Source: Myxococcota bacterium (GTDB taxonomy: Bacteria > Myxococcota_A > SURF-8). From it: a stretch of 64,000 bases of DNA. Below the pieces are notes generated by a model, which was not told the origin of the DNA, did not search any database, and was given only the letters and a program-made list of their open reading frames with translations. Below are positions 19,862-30,263 of this stretch, piece by piece. The translations under genes and the position numbers were made by a program. How positions within the stretch are numbered: position 1 is the stretch's first letter; every line of letters begins with the position of its first letter. The DNA lies in contig CAXXQS010000001.1 of assembly GCA_963674735.2 (NCBI GenBank), positions 1 to 64,000 on the forward strand. The letters run 5' to 3'.

Positions 19862-20701
19862 ATGCCGGAGACCTTCGACAAGTTTCAGGGAACCAGCCAA
19901 TATATCGCTTCGCGTGATTTACGCGATGCGGTGAACGTTTCCATCGCCTTGCGACGTCCGCTTCTCATCAAGGGAGAGCCTGGCACGGGCAAGACGCTTC
20001 TGGCCGTCAACATTGCCGAGTCGTTGCAGATGCCGTTTTTCAAGTGGATGGTCAAATCCACTTCGAAGGCGGTGGACGGCTTGTATGTTTACGATACGGT
20101 GCAGCGTTTGAATGACAGCCGCTTCGGCGATAAGGATGTGTCGGACATCAATCAGTACATCGGTTTCGGTCCCCTGGGACGGTCGTTCAAATCCGACGAA
20201 CGTGCGGTCGTGTTGATCGATGAAATCGACAAGGCCGACCTGGAATTCCCCAACGATCTGCTGGCCGAACTCGACGATATGTCGTTCGATATCATCGAGA
20301 CGGGGGAGCATGTCGCCGCCAAGCATCGGCCCGTGGTGATCATTACGTCCAACTCCGAGAAGGAATTGCCCGATCCTTTCCTGCGGCGCTGCGTTTTCCA
20401 CTACATCGAATTCCCCGATCAGGCCTTGATGGAACAGATCGTTGATGTTCATTATCCCGATCTGAAAAAAGCCCTGCTTCAGCAAACCCTGGCGCGTTTT
20501 TACTGGTTGCGCAGTATCGAAGAATTTCGCAAGAAGCCGTCCACCTCCGAGTTGATCGACTGGATCGGGGTGCTGCTCAAAGCCGGAATCAGCGAGAAGG
20601 AATTGCGTAGCGAGATCCCGTTTTTAGGTGTTCTGCTCAAAAAAGAACAGGATCTGGAGACTTTCGACAGGGTGCGGCGGCGCGCCAACCGAATCGGGTA
20701 G
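19862..20701 (+). CDS. MoxR family AAA+ ATPase
   Basis: RPLLIKGEPGTGKT, LIDEIDKAD.EFPNDLL, TSNSEKELPD.FLRRC. Confidence 0.95.
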   Translation: MPETFDKFQGTSQYIASRDLRDAVNVSIALRRPLLIKGEPGTGKTLLAVNIAESLQMPFFKWMVKSTSKAVDGLYVYDTVQRLNDSRFGDKDVSDINQYIGFGPLGRSFKSDERAVVLIDEIDKADLEFPNDLLAELDDMSFDIIETGEHVAAKHRPVVIITSNSEKELPDPFLRRCVFHYIEFPDQALMEQIVDVHYPDLKKALLQQTLARFYWLRSIEEFRKKPSTSELIDWIGVLLKAGISEKELRSEIPFLGVLLKKEQDLETFDRVRRRANRIG

Positions 20702-20713
20702 GAGGCCATCCGG

Positions 20714-21877
20714 GTGCTCACCGATTTTTTCTTCACCCTCAAAGCGCAGAAGGTGCCGGTTTCGACCACCGAGTGGTTGACCTTTATGGAGGCGCTGACG
20801 CAAGGATTGGCCTTCGCCGATTTCTACACGTTCTATACCTTGGCGCGTTCGTTGCTGGTAAAAGACATCGCTTATTACGATGCCTTCGACCAGGTGTTCG
20901 CCCATATCTTCAAAAACGCCAATCTCTCCGAAACCTTGCGCGACGACATCCAGCAATGGCTTGAAGATCCCATCCCGCTTCCGAAATTCGACGAGGAAAC
21001 CATCAAGGCTTTGGAAGCGATGGATTTCGATCGACTCAAGGAAGAGTTCGAGAATCGCCTCCGGGAGCAGGACGAACGCCACGACGGCGGCAACCGCTGG
21101 ATCGGGACGGGTGGAACCTCGCCTTTCGGGCATGGCGGCCAGAATCCGGCCGGAATCCGGGTCGGCGGCGAGGGACGCAACCGCAGCGCCGTCCAGGTGG
21201 CCAGCGAGCGGCGCTTTCGAAATTATCGCCAGGACATCACCCTCGATGTGCGTCAGATGAAAGTGGCGATGAAGAAGCTGCGCGTGCTCGAACGAGTGGG
21301 GGCGGAAGACCAGTTGGATGTGGATGCCAGTATCGACAAAACCTGTCGCAACGCCGGTGAACTGGATCTGGTTTTCGTGCCCGAACGCAAGAATCGTCTG
21401 AAGCTGTTACTGCTGATGGACGCAGGCGGGTCGATGGATCCCTATGCCCGGTTGGTCAACCAATTGTTTTCGGCTGCCAGCCAGATGAACCATTTCAAGG
21501 AATTCAAACACTATTATTTCCATAATTGCCTATACGAAGATGTTTTCGAAGACATCTATCTGGACCGACGTTGGCCGACCGGCAAGCTGTTTAGCGAATT
21601 GGACGGCAGTTGGCGGGTGATTCTGGTCGGGGATGCGGCCATGAGTCCGTATGAGCTGACCTCGCGGCATGGGGCGATCTATTATTACCACCGCAACGAG
21701 ATTCCCGGTATTGTCTGGCTCAAACGCGTGGCCGATCATTTTCGCAAAACCGTCTGGCTCAACCCCATCCCGGAACGACATTGGTGGGGGTCTTCCATCA
21801 CGATGATTCAACAAACCTTCCCCATGTTTCCCCTGAGTGTCAAAGGATTGGAAGAGGCGGTTAAAACCCTGCGTTAG
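20714..21877 (+). CDS. VWA domain protein (CoxE-like partner of MoxR)
   Basis: GGNRWIGTGGTSPFG, MIDAS-like MDAGGSM, YYFHNC, VGDAAMSPYE. Confidence 0.92.
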   Translation: MLTDFFFTLKAQKVPVSTTEWLTFMEALTQGLAFADFYTFYTLARSLLVKDIAYYDAFDQVFAHIFKNANLSETLRDDIQQWLEDPIPLPKFDEETIKALEAMDFDRLKEEFENRLREQDERHDGGNRWIGTGGTSPFGHGGQNPAGIRVGGEGRNRSAVQVASERRFRNYRQDITLDVRQMKVAMKKLRVLERVGAEDQLDVDASIDKTCRNAGELDLVFVPERKNRLKLLLLMDAGGSMDPYARLVNQLFSAASQMNHFKEFKHYYFHNCLYEDVFEDIYLDRRWPTGKLFSELDGSWRVILVGDAAMSPYELTSRHGAIYYYHRNEIPGIVWLKRVADHFRKTVWLNPIPERHWWGSSITMIQQTFPMFPLSVKGLEEAVKTLR

Positions 21878-21892
21878 GCCGGATTTCTTTTT

Positions 21893-22783
21893 CTACATGT
21901 ATTCGGTCGAGGGTTGGCCGTGCTCGTCGATCACCTCGAAGTCCCATGCAATACCGACCCCATAGGTAAAGAAGAAGTTTTTGAAGTAATCGATGGTGGA
22001 AACTTCCAGAGTCGGGGCGATAACCAACCCTTTCCACATATAAAAACGCGGTAGGATGGTGATGCCGTAAAGCGGGTTGACTTGTTTGTCGAACTCTTTC
22101 CAGGCCGGGGTTTTATGGGCAATGTTGGCCCCGACTTTAAGCCCGAGATACAAGTCCATCGGTACATTGTAATGGTACTTGGCGAAATGCGCTACGTTGT
22201 AGAGGGCATACGCGGCCGGTTGAATCAGCCAGACGGCATAGGTGGTTTTGCGGTTTGTCGGTCGATCGGTATAGTCGTGGGGGTTGCGCATCACCCAGGT
22301 AAACAAGCGGAAATGCCATTTTTCGTCATAGGTGAAGCCCACGCCGCCGCCGCCCGCAACATAATTGAAATAGCCCAAGCTTTTATAGTTGGAGAACATG
22401 CCGCCGATCACGATTTCCGGATCGATGGACAGGGTGCGTCGCTTTTCTTCTTCCACCGGGGCAACCAGCGTGTTGGAAATCGGGGTCCGGTAGCTTCCGG
22501 GATAGACGTCTTCATCGGTCAGGGGCCGGTCGTCGAGTCCTTGTGCTTCCGGCGGGGTATCCGTATCCGCATTGGCGTGAGGAGGGTCGAGAGGGGGCAA
22601 CGGCGATTGCTCGGGGGCCGTCTCGCCATTTTCAGCCGCCGGTGCTTGGTCGATATTGTGACCGTTGAGATCCACCAGTTCGATATCGGGATCTTCGATT
22701 CCTCCGGTGGTGGCCGCATTTTGAGCCCAAGCGGTGGATTGTGCGGCCATTAGCAGGATCAACAGGTAAAGGGCTGCTTTCAT
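21893..22783 (-). CDS. Secreted hypothetical protein, probable outer-membrane beta-barrel
   Basis: Signal peptide, acidic/Pro linker, alternating aromatic strands ending FTYGVGIAWDF. Confidence 0.65.
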   Translation of the reverse strand: MKAALYLLILLMAAQSTAWAQNAATTGGIEDPDIELVDLNGHNIDQAPAAENGETAPEQSPLPPLDPPHANADTDTPPEAQGLDDRPLTDEDVYPGSYRTPISNTLVAPVEEEKRRTLSIDPEIVIGGMFSNYKSLGYFNYVAGGGGVGFTYDEKWHFRLFTWVMRNPHDYTDRPTNRKTTYAVWLIQPAAYALYNVAHFAKYHYNVPMDLYLGLKVGANIAHKTPAWKEFDKQVNPLYGITILPRFYMWKGLVIAPTLEVSTIDYFKNFFFTYGVGIAWDFEVIDEHGQPSTEYM

Positions 22784-23167
22784 GGATACGTCGGGATGTT
22801 GCATCGCTTCTCCTTACATTTAGCGAAGATGCTCTCTACCTCGTCGGCAATCACCCACATTCCGAAATTCGCCGAGTTTGGATGCCAAGCGTGTTATATT
22901 GCACTATCTACGGCATCAAACGTCGAACAAGCAACGGCTTGACGATTGCGAAACTCTTATGATATTAAATCGTTATGAATCTTTTTGCAACAAGGTTATC
23001 TGTTTTTTCATGTCGATAATCCGCTAAGGCGAGCAGGCGAAAGGCGATCTTTCACCTAGTGGGGTGGAATATCTCGACATGATGAGGCGTCTCAGTTGCA
23101 GCGTTTGTCAACTTGCGGCTGCGAAGCTTGCCGTATGACCTCTTGATTGGAGTTCCGGTTAACGACG

Positions 23168-24181
23168 ATGACACAAATAGTGAGACATTCTCTGGGAACG
23201 GTTCGTATAGAAGACCGGCCTGCCGACCGTCGTTTTATCGAGGTAACTCCCCATTCCGCTCAGGAACACGTACCGCATCGAAGTTGGGAGACGCGTTATC
23301 CGTTATCCTTGATCGAGCATGTCGTCGAGGTGAAGGGCCCCGCGTATCTGTGTGAAGAGATCATGCGCGATGAGAGCCCCCATTTGGTGGAGAATCCGCT
23401 CAAGACCGTGCTGTTCGCCCATTATGCACCCGAACGTTTCGCTACCGCCCGGATTTTGGATTTCGGCTGTGGTTCCGGCGCTTCGACGTTGATTCTGGCG
23501 CGGCTTTTTCCCCAGGCTGAGATCGTGGGGGTGGATATTTCCTCGCGTCTCCTCGATCTGGCGCGACATCGGGCCCAAACCTTCGGGCATCGCAATATCC
23601 GCTACATGCAGTCGGTGGGCGGATCCGAGCTGCCATCGGAACTCGGGACTTTCGATGTGGTGTTGCTCAACGGCGTGTATGAGCATTTTCTGCCCGCCGA
23701 GCGTCCGGTCTTGTTGCCGCTGCTTTTCGATTTACTTGAAACGAACGGGGTTCTGTTTGTTCTCGATACACCCAATCGACTGTGGCCGATAGAGTCGCAT
23801 ACCTCCGGGCTGCCGTTGATCAATTACCTTCCCGATGGCGCGGCGCATTGGCTGACGAACCGGCTATCCTCGCGCTACTCCCTGAAGCAGTCCTGGGAGG
23901 CGTATCTGCGCGACGGCATTCGGGGCGCGATGGTGTCCGAGATCGAAACCTATCTATCCAATAATTCGAGTATGCAGCCTCGGCTGGTTTTGCCGACTCG
24001 CGATGGCTGCCGCGATCACGCCGACTTGTGGTATCGCTTATCGTCTCAAACGCGTTTGCCGACTCTCAAACAGGCCATCCGAGAGGGGCTGAAGGGGAGT
24101 CGCCGTCTGACCGGGATCGACTTCACTCCCATTTTGAACCTGGCTTTTGAAAAGCGTTCCTCGACCTTCTCGCCTTCCTGA
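23168..24181 (+). CDS. Class I SAM-dependent methyltransferase
   Basis: ILDFGCGSG, GVDIS, FDVVLLNGVYEH. Confidence 0.9.
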   Translation: MTQIVRHSLGTVRIEDRPADRRFIEVTPHSAQEHVPHRSWETRYPLSLIEHVVEVKGPAYLCEEIMRDESPHLVENPLKTVLFAHYAPERFATARILDFGCGSGASTLILARLFPQAEIVGVDISSRLLDLARHRAQTFGHRNIRYMQSVGGSELPSELGTFDVVLLNGVYEHFLPAERPVLLPLLFDLLETNGVLFVLDTPNRLWPIESHTSGLPLINYLPDGAAHWLTNRLSSRYSLKQSWEAYLRDGIRGAMVSEIETYLSNNSSMQPRLVLPTRDGCRDHADLWYRLSSQTRLPTLKQAIREGLKGSRRLTGIDFTPILNLAFEKRSSTFSPS

Positions 24182-24278
24182 TCGATTGCCAGTATGACAA
24201 ATTTCACCCTGATTTTGGTGAAATGTGATAATCTGTATAGGGATCAAAACCGACTGCAGCCGTCACAGGGGAAGGACT

Positions 24279-26078
24279 ATGGAAAAGCGCGAAACGGCGC
24301 TACGCACACATATTGTCGGTGACATCGGCCTGGAGCATGTCGGACAGCTTGTGGTGCTGTGTGGTTGGGTGGAGACGCTACGGGATCACGGCGGATTGGT
24401 CTTTCTTCATCTGCGCGACCAAAGCGGACGTCTGCAGGTTGTGGCGGACCCGTTGCGGCTGCCGTTGCCGGTATGGGAAACGATACAGCGTTTGCGACCG
24501 GAGTTTTGTGTTCGCATAGAGGGCCGGGTGCTGCGTCGTCCGGAAGGGGCCGAACATACCGTGCTCGATACGCGTGAGATCGAATTGAAGCCGATGGCTC
24601 TCGATATCTTGAATGAATCCGCCCCGTTACCGTTTCATCCCGAACAGGCGGAGCAGAGCAGTGATGAGTATCGTCTGGCCTATCGGTATCTGCATTTGCG
24701 CTCGGATCCTTTGCAAGCGGCGCTGCGGTTGCGTTCGAGGCTGGTTCATGCCATGCGGACTTATCTGCAAGCCGAACATTTTCTCGATATCGAAACCCCC
24801 ATGCTGGCGCGTTCAACCCCGGAGGGCGCGCGGGACTTCCTGGTTCCCAGTCGTCGTTATTCCGGACGTTTTTTTGCCTTGCCCCAATCCCCCCAGCTTT
24901 TCAAACAGCTTCTCATGGTCGGCGGGGTGGATCGCTACTTCCAGGTGGCGCGTTGTTTTCGTGATGAAGATCTGCGCGCCAATCGTCAGCCTGAATTCAC
25001 TCAACTCGACATGGAAATGGCTTTCGTGAGTGAGGAGGACATCTTTCGTGTCGTGGAAGGGCTGCTTGGTCATGCCTTGGATGAACTCGGTTTTTCGGTT
25101 CGCACGCCTTTTGCGCGTTTAAGTTATCAGGAGGCGATGAATCGCTATGGGAGCGATGCTCCCGATTTGCGCTTTTCTCTTGAACTCGTTGAATTGACAG
25201 ACGTATTTCGCAATACCTCTTTTCAGATTTTCCGTCGGGTACTCGATTCCGGCGGCGTGGTGAAAGCCATTGTGGTTCCCCACCGGCTGGCGCTGAGCCG
25301 CAGCGATATCGAAGCCGTGCGCGCCTACGCCCATTCGCTTAAAGTCAACGAACCGGCTTGGGGGCATATTCGTGCCGATCGTTTCGAAAGCACCATCGCC
25401 AAATACTGGTCTGACGAAGAAAAAGCTGGAATTTTAACCGTCTTAGACGGTGAGCCCGATGACTTGGTGTTTTTTATGGCCGGTCGAGACGCCGACGAGA
25501 CAAACCGTACGCTCGGGGCCTTGCGCCTTTTCATCGCGGATCGTTTTCAACTCACCAGTCCAAGCGATCCCCTTAATTTTGTTTGGATAACCGGCTTTCC
25601 GATGTTCGAACGCGAAGCGGGCACGGGTCGTCTGACGGCGGTTCATCATCCGTTTACGCGTCCTCAAGACGTGTCGGTTCTGAGCTCGGAAGAGCCGGAA
25701 GATTGGCTGGCGCTTCAGGCTTGTTCGTACGATCTTGTGCTCAACGGCCAGGAGATCGGTGGCGGAAGCTTGCGTAATTACAAGCGAGAATGGCAGGAGC
25801 GGCTGTTCGAAATCATCGGAATGTCGAAGGAGGAAATGGTTCAGCAGTTCGGCTTTTTCCTCGAAGCGCTTAGCTACGGTGCGCCACCCCATGGAGGAAT
25901 CGCATTCGGTCTCGATCGACTAACGGCGATTTTAGCCGGTCGATCGGCCCTCCGCGATGTCATGGCTTTTCCCAAAAACAAATCCGCCGCCTGCCCGTTG
26001 ACCGGGGCTCCGGCGGATGTCGATATCAAACAATTGCTGGATGTCCATATTTCCATTTCCTCGCAAAAGGAAAGCTAA
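24279..26078 (+). CDS. aspS: Aspartate-tRNA ligase (probably non-discriminating type)
   Basis: RTH, RDHGGL, STPEGARDF, LPQSPQLFKQLLM, CFRDEDLRANRQPEFTQLD.EM, HHPFT, PPHGGIAFGLDR, AFPK. Confidence 0.95.
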   Translation: MEKRETALRTHIVGDIGLEHVGQLVVLCGWVETLRDHGGLVFLHLRDQSGRLQVVADPLRLPLPVWETIQRLRPEFCVRIEGRVLRRPEGAEHTVLDTREIELKPMALDILNESAPLPFHPEQAEQSSDEYRLAYRYLHLRSDPLQAALRLRSRLVHAMRTYLQAEHFLDIETPMLARSTPEGARDFLVPSRRYSGRFFALPQSPQLFKQLLMVGGVDRYFQVARCFRDEDLRANRQPEFTQLDMEMAFVSEEDIFRVVEGLLGHALDELGFSVRTPFARLSYQEAMNRYGSDAPDLRFSLELVELTDVFRNTSFQIFRRVLDSGGVVKAIVVPHRLALSRSDIEAVRAYAHSLKVNEPAWGHIRADRFESTIAKYWSDEEKAGILTVLDGEPDDLVFFMAGRDADETNRTLGALRLFIADRFQLTSPSDPLNFVWITGFPMFEREAGTGRLTAVHHPFTRPQDVSVLSSEEPEDWLALQACSYDLVLNGQEIGGGSLRNYKREWQERLFEIIGMSKEEMVQQFGFFLEALSYGAPPHGGIAFGLDRLTAILAGRSALRDVMAFPKNKSAACPLTGAPADVDIKQLLDVHISISSQKES

Positions 26079-26093
26079 CCAACAGGAGGATCG

Positions 26094-26396
26094 ATGTCGC
26101 CCCGTCGTTCGTCAAACAGCAAACGTTCCGGTCTGCGCCTTTCCGACACGCTTGTAGAAGAGCTTAAAAAATATGTAAAAGAGTTCAAGTGCCCGGAATG
26201 CAAGGCTTATGTCTTGTGGATCGACGATTCGGGACCGGGTGAGGCGTGGGTGCGTTGTCGTAAGTGCGGCTATAGCTTGCAACTGGCGGCTTTCGCCGTC
26301 GAGTACATGGGGTTACGCATGGAAGGCGACCAGGCGCTGATCCGAATTCCGAACCTGTATGGAGGGGAGGCGAAAGAAGTACGTTTGGCAATTTGA
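26094..26396 (+). CDS. Small zinc-ribbon protein
   Basis: RBS AGGAGG; CPEC...CRKC. Confidence 0.75.
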   Translation: MSPRRSSNSKRSGLRLSDTLVEELKKYVKEFKCPECKAYVLWIDDSGPGEAWVRCRKCGYSLQLAAFAVEYMGLRMEGDQALIRIPNLYGGEAKEVRLAI

Positions 26397-26544
26397 CGGC
26401 GGTTTCGACGTGTCGAAGTAAGATCGGCCGAAAAAACGACAATCGGTCGAAATGTTTTATGACGATGGAACGTCTAACCCATATAGGTGGGTGGATGAGA
26501 AACGGGTGATCGATACACATTGTCTTGGAAGAAAGGGGGCCGAC

Positions 26545-26826
26545 ATGCAAACCCTGAAAGTCAATGCTTTGAAACCGCCCGCGGATCTCAACCAGGCCAA
26601 AAGCCTGGCCGACAGGATGGCTGTGGATCTCTTGGGGACCGAGCGAGAATGTTTGGGGTGGTACGACTCAGCCAATGATCGCGACTTACCGCTGCAGGCG
26701 AACCAGGATGGGAACTCGGATGAATTCGGGTATGCGGACTACCCGATCAATCGAGGTGCGGAGCTGAAAGTGGTGATCAACGACGGCGATTACACATTCT
26801 TCTATCGGCGCATGACGACCGTGTAG
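26545..26826 (+). CDS. AF1514-like small protein
   Basis: Pattern LGWYD...GYADY..NRGAELKVVINDGDYTFFY resembles the AF1514 family; purine-rich RBS upstream. Confidence 0.6.
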   Translation: MQTLKVNALKPPADLNQAKSLADRMAVDLLGTERECLGWYDSANDRDLPLQANQDGNSDEFGYADYPINRGAELKVVINDGDYTFFYRRMTTV

Positions 26827-27033
26827 CCTGCGAGGGTGGGCGGCATCTCCGGAGGGGGATTATCAAGCTGTTTATCGATGGCGGCTAAAGAAGGCGATCA
26901 ACACTTCTCTTTTATTCTATCTTTTGCATGACTATCGTACAGGGCGGGGGTGCAGGGAAGGATTCTGGTGGCAATATCGGGGAAGGTCTGGTTTTTCCGG
27001 ATCAAATACGCTAGGTAAAAAAGGAAGAAACGG

Positions 27034-28731
27034 GTGCCGGATAACGCTCATTCAGTGACGGAAAACGGGGATACTTCGTTTGGTGGGCGATTGTCGCCTA
27101 CCGCTTCGGATATACGCCTAACTCGCCGGGGGGCGCGGTTTTATCGGAACTATTTTCTCATGATGTTCTCGATCGCCTTGTTCGTCGGTGTGGTCTTGGC
27201 CGCTGTTTTTTTCGGTGAACGGCGCGACTATTTTTACAAGCTTCGTAGTCAGGAAAGCTTTGCTCTGACCTTACAGACCGATTTGATCAAACGCTATCTG
27301 GCGAATACCGCCAACGACCTCATTTTCTGGACTTACCAAGTCGAGATGCTCATGGCTCTGAAAGGTGGAGCCGAGGAGCACGTGTGGATCGATCGTATGG
27401 CCAGTGAATATCTGGCTTTCAGTAACATCTCCGGCCATTATGACCAGATTCGGTTTATCGATCGCCATGGAAAAGAAATCGTGCGTGTCAACCAAGGTGT
27501 CGATGGGTTGTCGTACAGTACGCCGCCTGAGCAATTACAGGATAAAAGTAGTCGCCCCTATTTTAAGGAAGCGATTCGGTTGGAGCGAGGAGGAATCCAT
27601 ATCAGCCGGATGGATTTGAATGTCGAACATGGTGAGGTCGAACGTCCGTATAAACCGGTGATTCGCTTGGCTACGCCGGTTGTCGATCAAGAGGGGAAAA
27701 CGCGTGGGATCGTCATTTTGAATGTGTTGGTTTCGCAAATGCTCGATGCCATTCGCACTCAGGCCGAACTGGCTCCCGGCAACGTTGTTCTGTGTGATGA
27801 AAACGGGTATTTCATGCTGGGTCTTGCTGAAACCGATGAGTGGGGGATGCAGCTTGAAGAACGCCGGGAACGTCGTTTCGGAAATCTGTTTTCCGAAGCA
27901 TGGGAAAAGATTTCCAGAGACGATTCCGGGCAGTTCAGCAATGCCGATGGCTTGTTTACCTTCTCCACTGTTCGACCGTTTTCACCGTTGAAAGGACCGT
28001 TGCAGGAGGTCGGGAGCCGTTGGATCGATTTCCGTTTGAACATTCCTTACGGTTGGAAGTTGGTTTCCTTCATGCCGGCGATGTCATTGTTTGCACCGAT
28101 GAAACGGTTGTTTTGGGAATTGGTTTTTCTTTGGGGCCTCATTATTTCGGGTTTGGCTTTGATGGTGATGTACGTGATGGAGAGTGTTCGCAAACGTCGC
28201 ATTTACCAGCGCCGGATTTATCATTATGCCCATTACGATTTGTTAACCGACTTGCCGAATCGGGTGCTGTTTTTCGATCGCCTCGATCAGCTGATCCTCC
28301 AGTTTTCGCGTTATGGGGGGAGCTTCGCTTTGCTGTTTGTGGATTTGGATGGCTTTAAGGCCGTCAATGACGAGCACGGCCATGAAGTTGGAGATGAAGC
28401 TTTGCGCACGGTCGCGAAGCGTTTCAAAGACCTGCTGCGAGCTTCCGATACCGTTGCCCGGGTCGGAGGTGACGAATTTACGGTGCTTTTACCATCCGTT
28501 ACCAATATCGAGAAGGCGACTGAGGTCGCAGACCGGATCGTGCGCGCCATCGCGCCGCCCATGGTTCTCGCCGGTAATCGATGCCAACTGGGGGCCAGTG
28601 TGGGAGTGGTGCTCTTCCCCCTGCATGGGGAGACCAGTCAGGCCCTGATTCAAGCCGCCGACCAAGCGATGTATCAGGCGAAGGCGGCCGGGAAATCGAC
28701 TTTTCGCCTCGCGGATGTTCCCAAACCTTAG
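27034..28731 (+). CDS. Diguanylate cyclase with periplasmic Cache-like sensor
   Basis: Two TMs flanking YDQIRFID..QDKSSRPYF; HYDLLTDLPNR, DLDGFK.VND.HGH.VGD, RxxD I-site (RASD) and GGDEF. Confidence 0.95.
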   Translation: MPDNAHSVTENGDTSFGGRLSPTASDIRLTRRGARFYRNYFLMMFSIALFVGVVLAAVFFGERRDYFYKLRSQESFALTLQTDLIKRYLANTANDLIFWTYQVEMLMALKGGAEEHVWIDRMASEYLAFSNISGHYDQIRFIDRHGKEIVRVNQGVDGLSYSTPPEQLQDKSSRPYFKEAIRLERGGIHISRMDLNVEHGEVERPYKPVIRLATPVVDQEGKTRGIVILNVLVSQMLDAIRTQAELAPGNVVLCDENGYFMLGLAETDEWGMQLEERRERRFGNLFSEAWEKISRDDSGQFSNADGLFTFSTVRPFSPLKGPLQEVGSRWIDFRLNIPYGWKLVSFMPAMSLFAPMKRLFWELVFLWGLIISGLALMVMYVMESVRKRRIYQRRIYHYAHYDLLTDLPNRVLFFDRLDQLILQFSRYGGSFALLFVDLDGFKAVNDEHGHEVGDEALRTVAKRFKDLLRASDTVARVGGDEFTVLLPSVTNIEKATEVADRIVRAIAPPMVLAGNRCQLGASVGVVLFPLHGETSQALIQAADQAMYQAKAAGKSTFRLADVPKP

Positions 28732-28874
28732 CCCTCGTTTTCGTCGAATATTATCTTTAGGTTTGCGGCTAATTTCCTTGCATGGTATTAAACATAGCTT
28801 ATGCTGGATAGAAGTTGAATCCGGTGGCGGGGAGCGGTTTTCACGAAGTGAATTCATCGGATTGGAATGATATC

Positions 28875-30263
28875 ATGGGTCGTCAGCCACACGCATTGCT
28901 GATCTATCCGCCTGTCAACATGGTGGAAGAGGTTTACCATTTCTGGTCGCCACGTCATTCGACCAGCTTCCCCCTAGCCCTTTTGCGCTTGTCCACCTAT
29001 CTCAAGAAAAACGGATATAAAGTCAGTTATATCGACACTTTTCATGCTAAACGCTATTTTCGGATCGGGAATTTCAACGAATGGAAGAATCTTTTGCACA
29101 ATTCCGGGGTGGTGTATGAGGCTTCCATGGGTGGCTACAATCCGGAAGGTCGGACGCGCCCTGTTTTTCGTGTGGGGTATTCTCGTGATGAGATTGTGGA
29201 GCGGCTTCGTGCCGTTTCCGCTGTAGACGAGATCTACATTACTTCGATTTATACCTGGACATGGCAAACCACCCACGAGTTGGTGGAACTGTGCAAGGAA
29301 ATCCATCCCCAGGCGAGAGTGATCGTCGGAGGGATTTACCCCACTCTGTGTCCGGAAAAAGCGGCGGAATCGGGGGCCGATGAGGTGTTTGCCGGGCGCA
29401 TGCCCGAAATCGAGCATGAATGGTCGGATCTGGCAATCGCGACCGCGCAATCCCCCGATTGTCTGGTTGTCAAGTCGACGATCGGTTGCCCCAACGGCTG
29501 TACCTATTGTGCGGTTGATAAATTGGAAGGGCGCCATGTCTTGGCTCGCGATCCCGCCGATGTCGTGGCGGAAATCGTGGACGCCTACCATCGTTTCGGG
29601 CTTAAAATGATCAATTTCTGGGAATCCAATCCCCTGGTAAAACGCAAAGAGCATTTCGAGCCGCTCTTGCGTGGAATCGCCGATACGGGATTGCCGCTGA
29701 AGATGGCCATGCCGGAAGGACTGCAAACCAGTTATATCGATGATGAATTGGCAGCCCTGTATAAGCGCGCGGGCATGCATGCTTTCATGTTGACGGTTGA
29801 AACCACCGACCCGGAATGGGGCAAGCGCACCCATCGTCCGACCGGTTATGCCGATATGAAGCGTGCAATCGACGTGCTGCAGCGTCATAAATTCGATTGG
29901 CATCAGATTCGCTGCATCTTGCTGATCGGTCAGCCGGAGCAAACCCGGACGTCGATTTTACGTGATATCCTCAGTGTTTATTCCGCAGGTGCGATTGTGT
30001 CTTTCCTCTTTTATACGTTGATCCCCGGCACGAAGGATTACGACACACACGCCAAGTGGCGTGAGGGTAAAAAGCTGGAAGATCTCGATCCGTTGTTGTT
30101 TCCATTCGCCAGCCCGCAACTGACGATCGAAGATATCGAAAAAATGCAGCGTTATTTCCACGAACGTTACATTCCCGTCGAGCGCATCCAAAACAGTCAC
30201 ACCGATGACGACCTTATCCGTGAGATGCAGCAGTTAATCGCGGACGACGATTATTTCCACTGA
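28875..30263 (+). CDS. B12-binding radical SAM protein
   Basis: N-terminal cobalamin-binding region (PLALLRLSTYLK, IVGGIYPT) and GCPNGCTYC. Confidence 0.9.
   Translation: MGRQPHALLIYPPVNMVEEVYHFWSPRHSTSFPLALLRLSTYLKKNGYKVSYIDTFHAKRYFRIGNFNEWKNLLHNSGVVYEASMGGYNPEGRTRPVFRVGYSRDEIVERLRAVSAVDEIYITSIYTWTWQTTHELVELCKEIHPQARVIVGGIYPTLCPEKAAESGADEVFAGRMPEIEHEWSDLAIATAQSPDCLVVKSTIGCPNGCTYCAVDKLEGRHVLARDPADVVAEIVDAYHRFGLKMINFWESNPLVKRKEHFEPLLRGIADTGLPLKMAMPEGLQTSYIDDELAALYKRAGMHAFMLTVETTDPEWGKRTHRPTGYADMKRAIDVLQRHKFDWHQIRCILLIGQPEQTRTSILRDILSVYSAGAIVSFLFYTLIPGTKDYDTHAKWREGKKLEDLDPLLFPFASPQLTIEDIEKMQRYFHERYIPVERIQNSHTDDDLIREMQQLIADDDYFH

Noticed and set aside
22930-23160. Riboswitch upstream of the methyltransferase
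   Set aside because: No recognisable consensus for SAM, c-di-GMP, cobalamin or other common classes.
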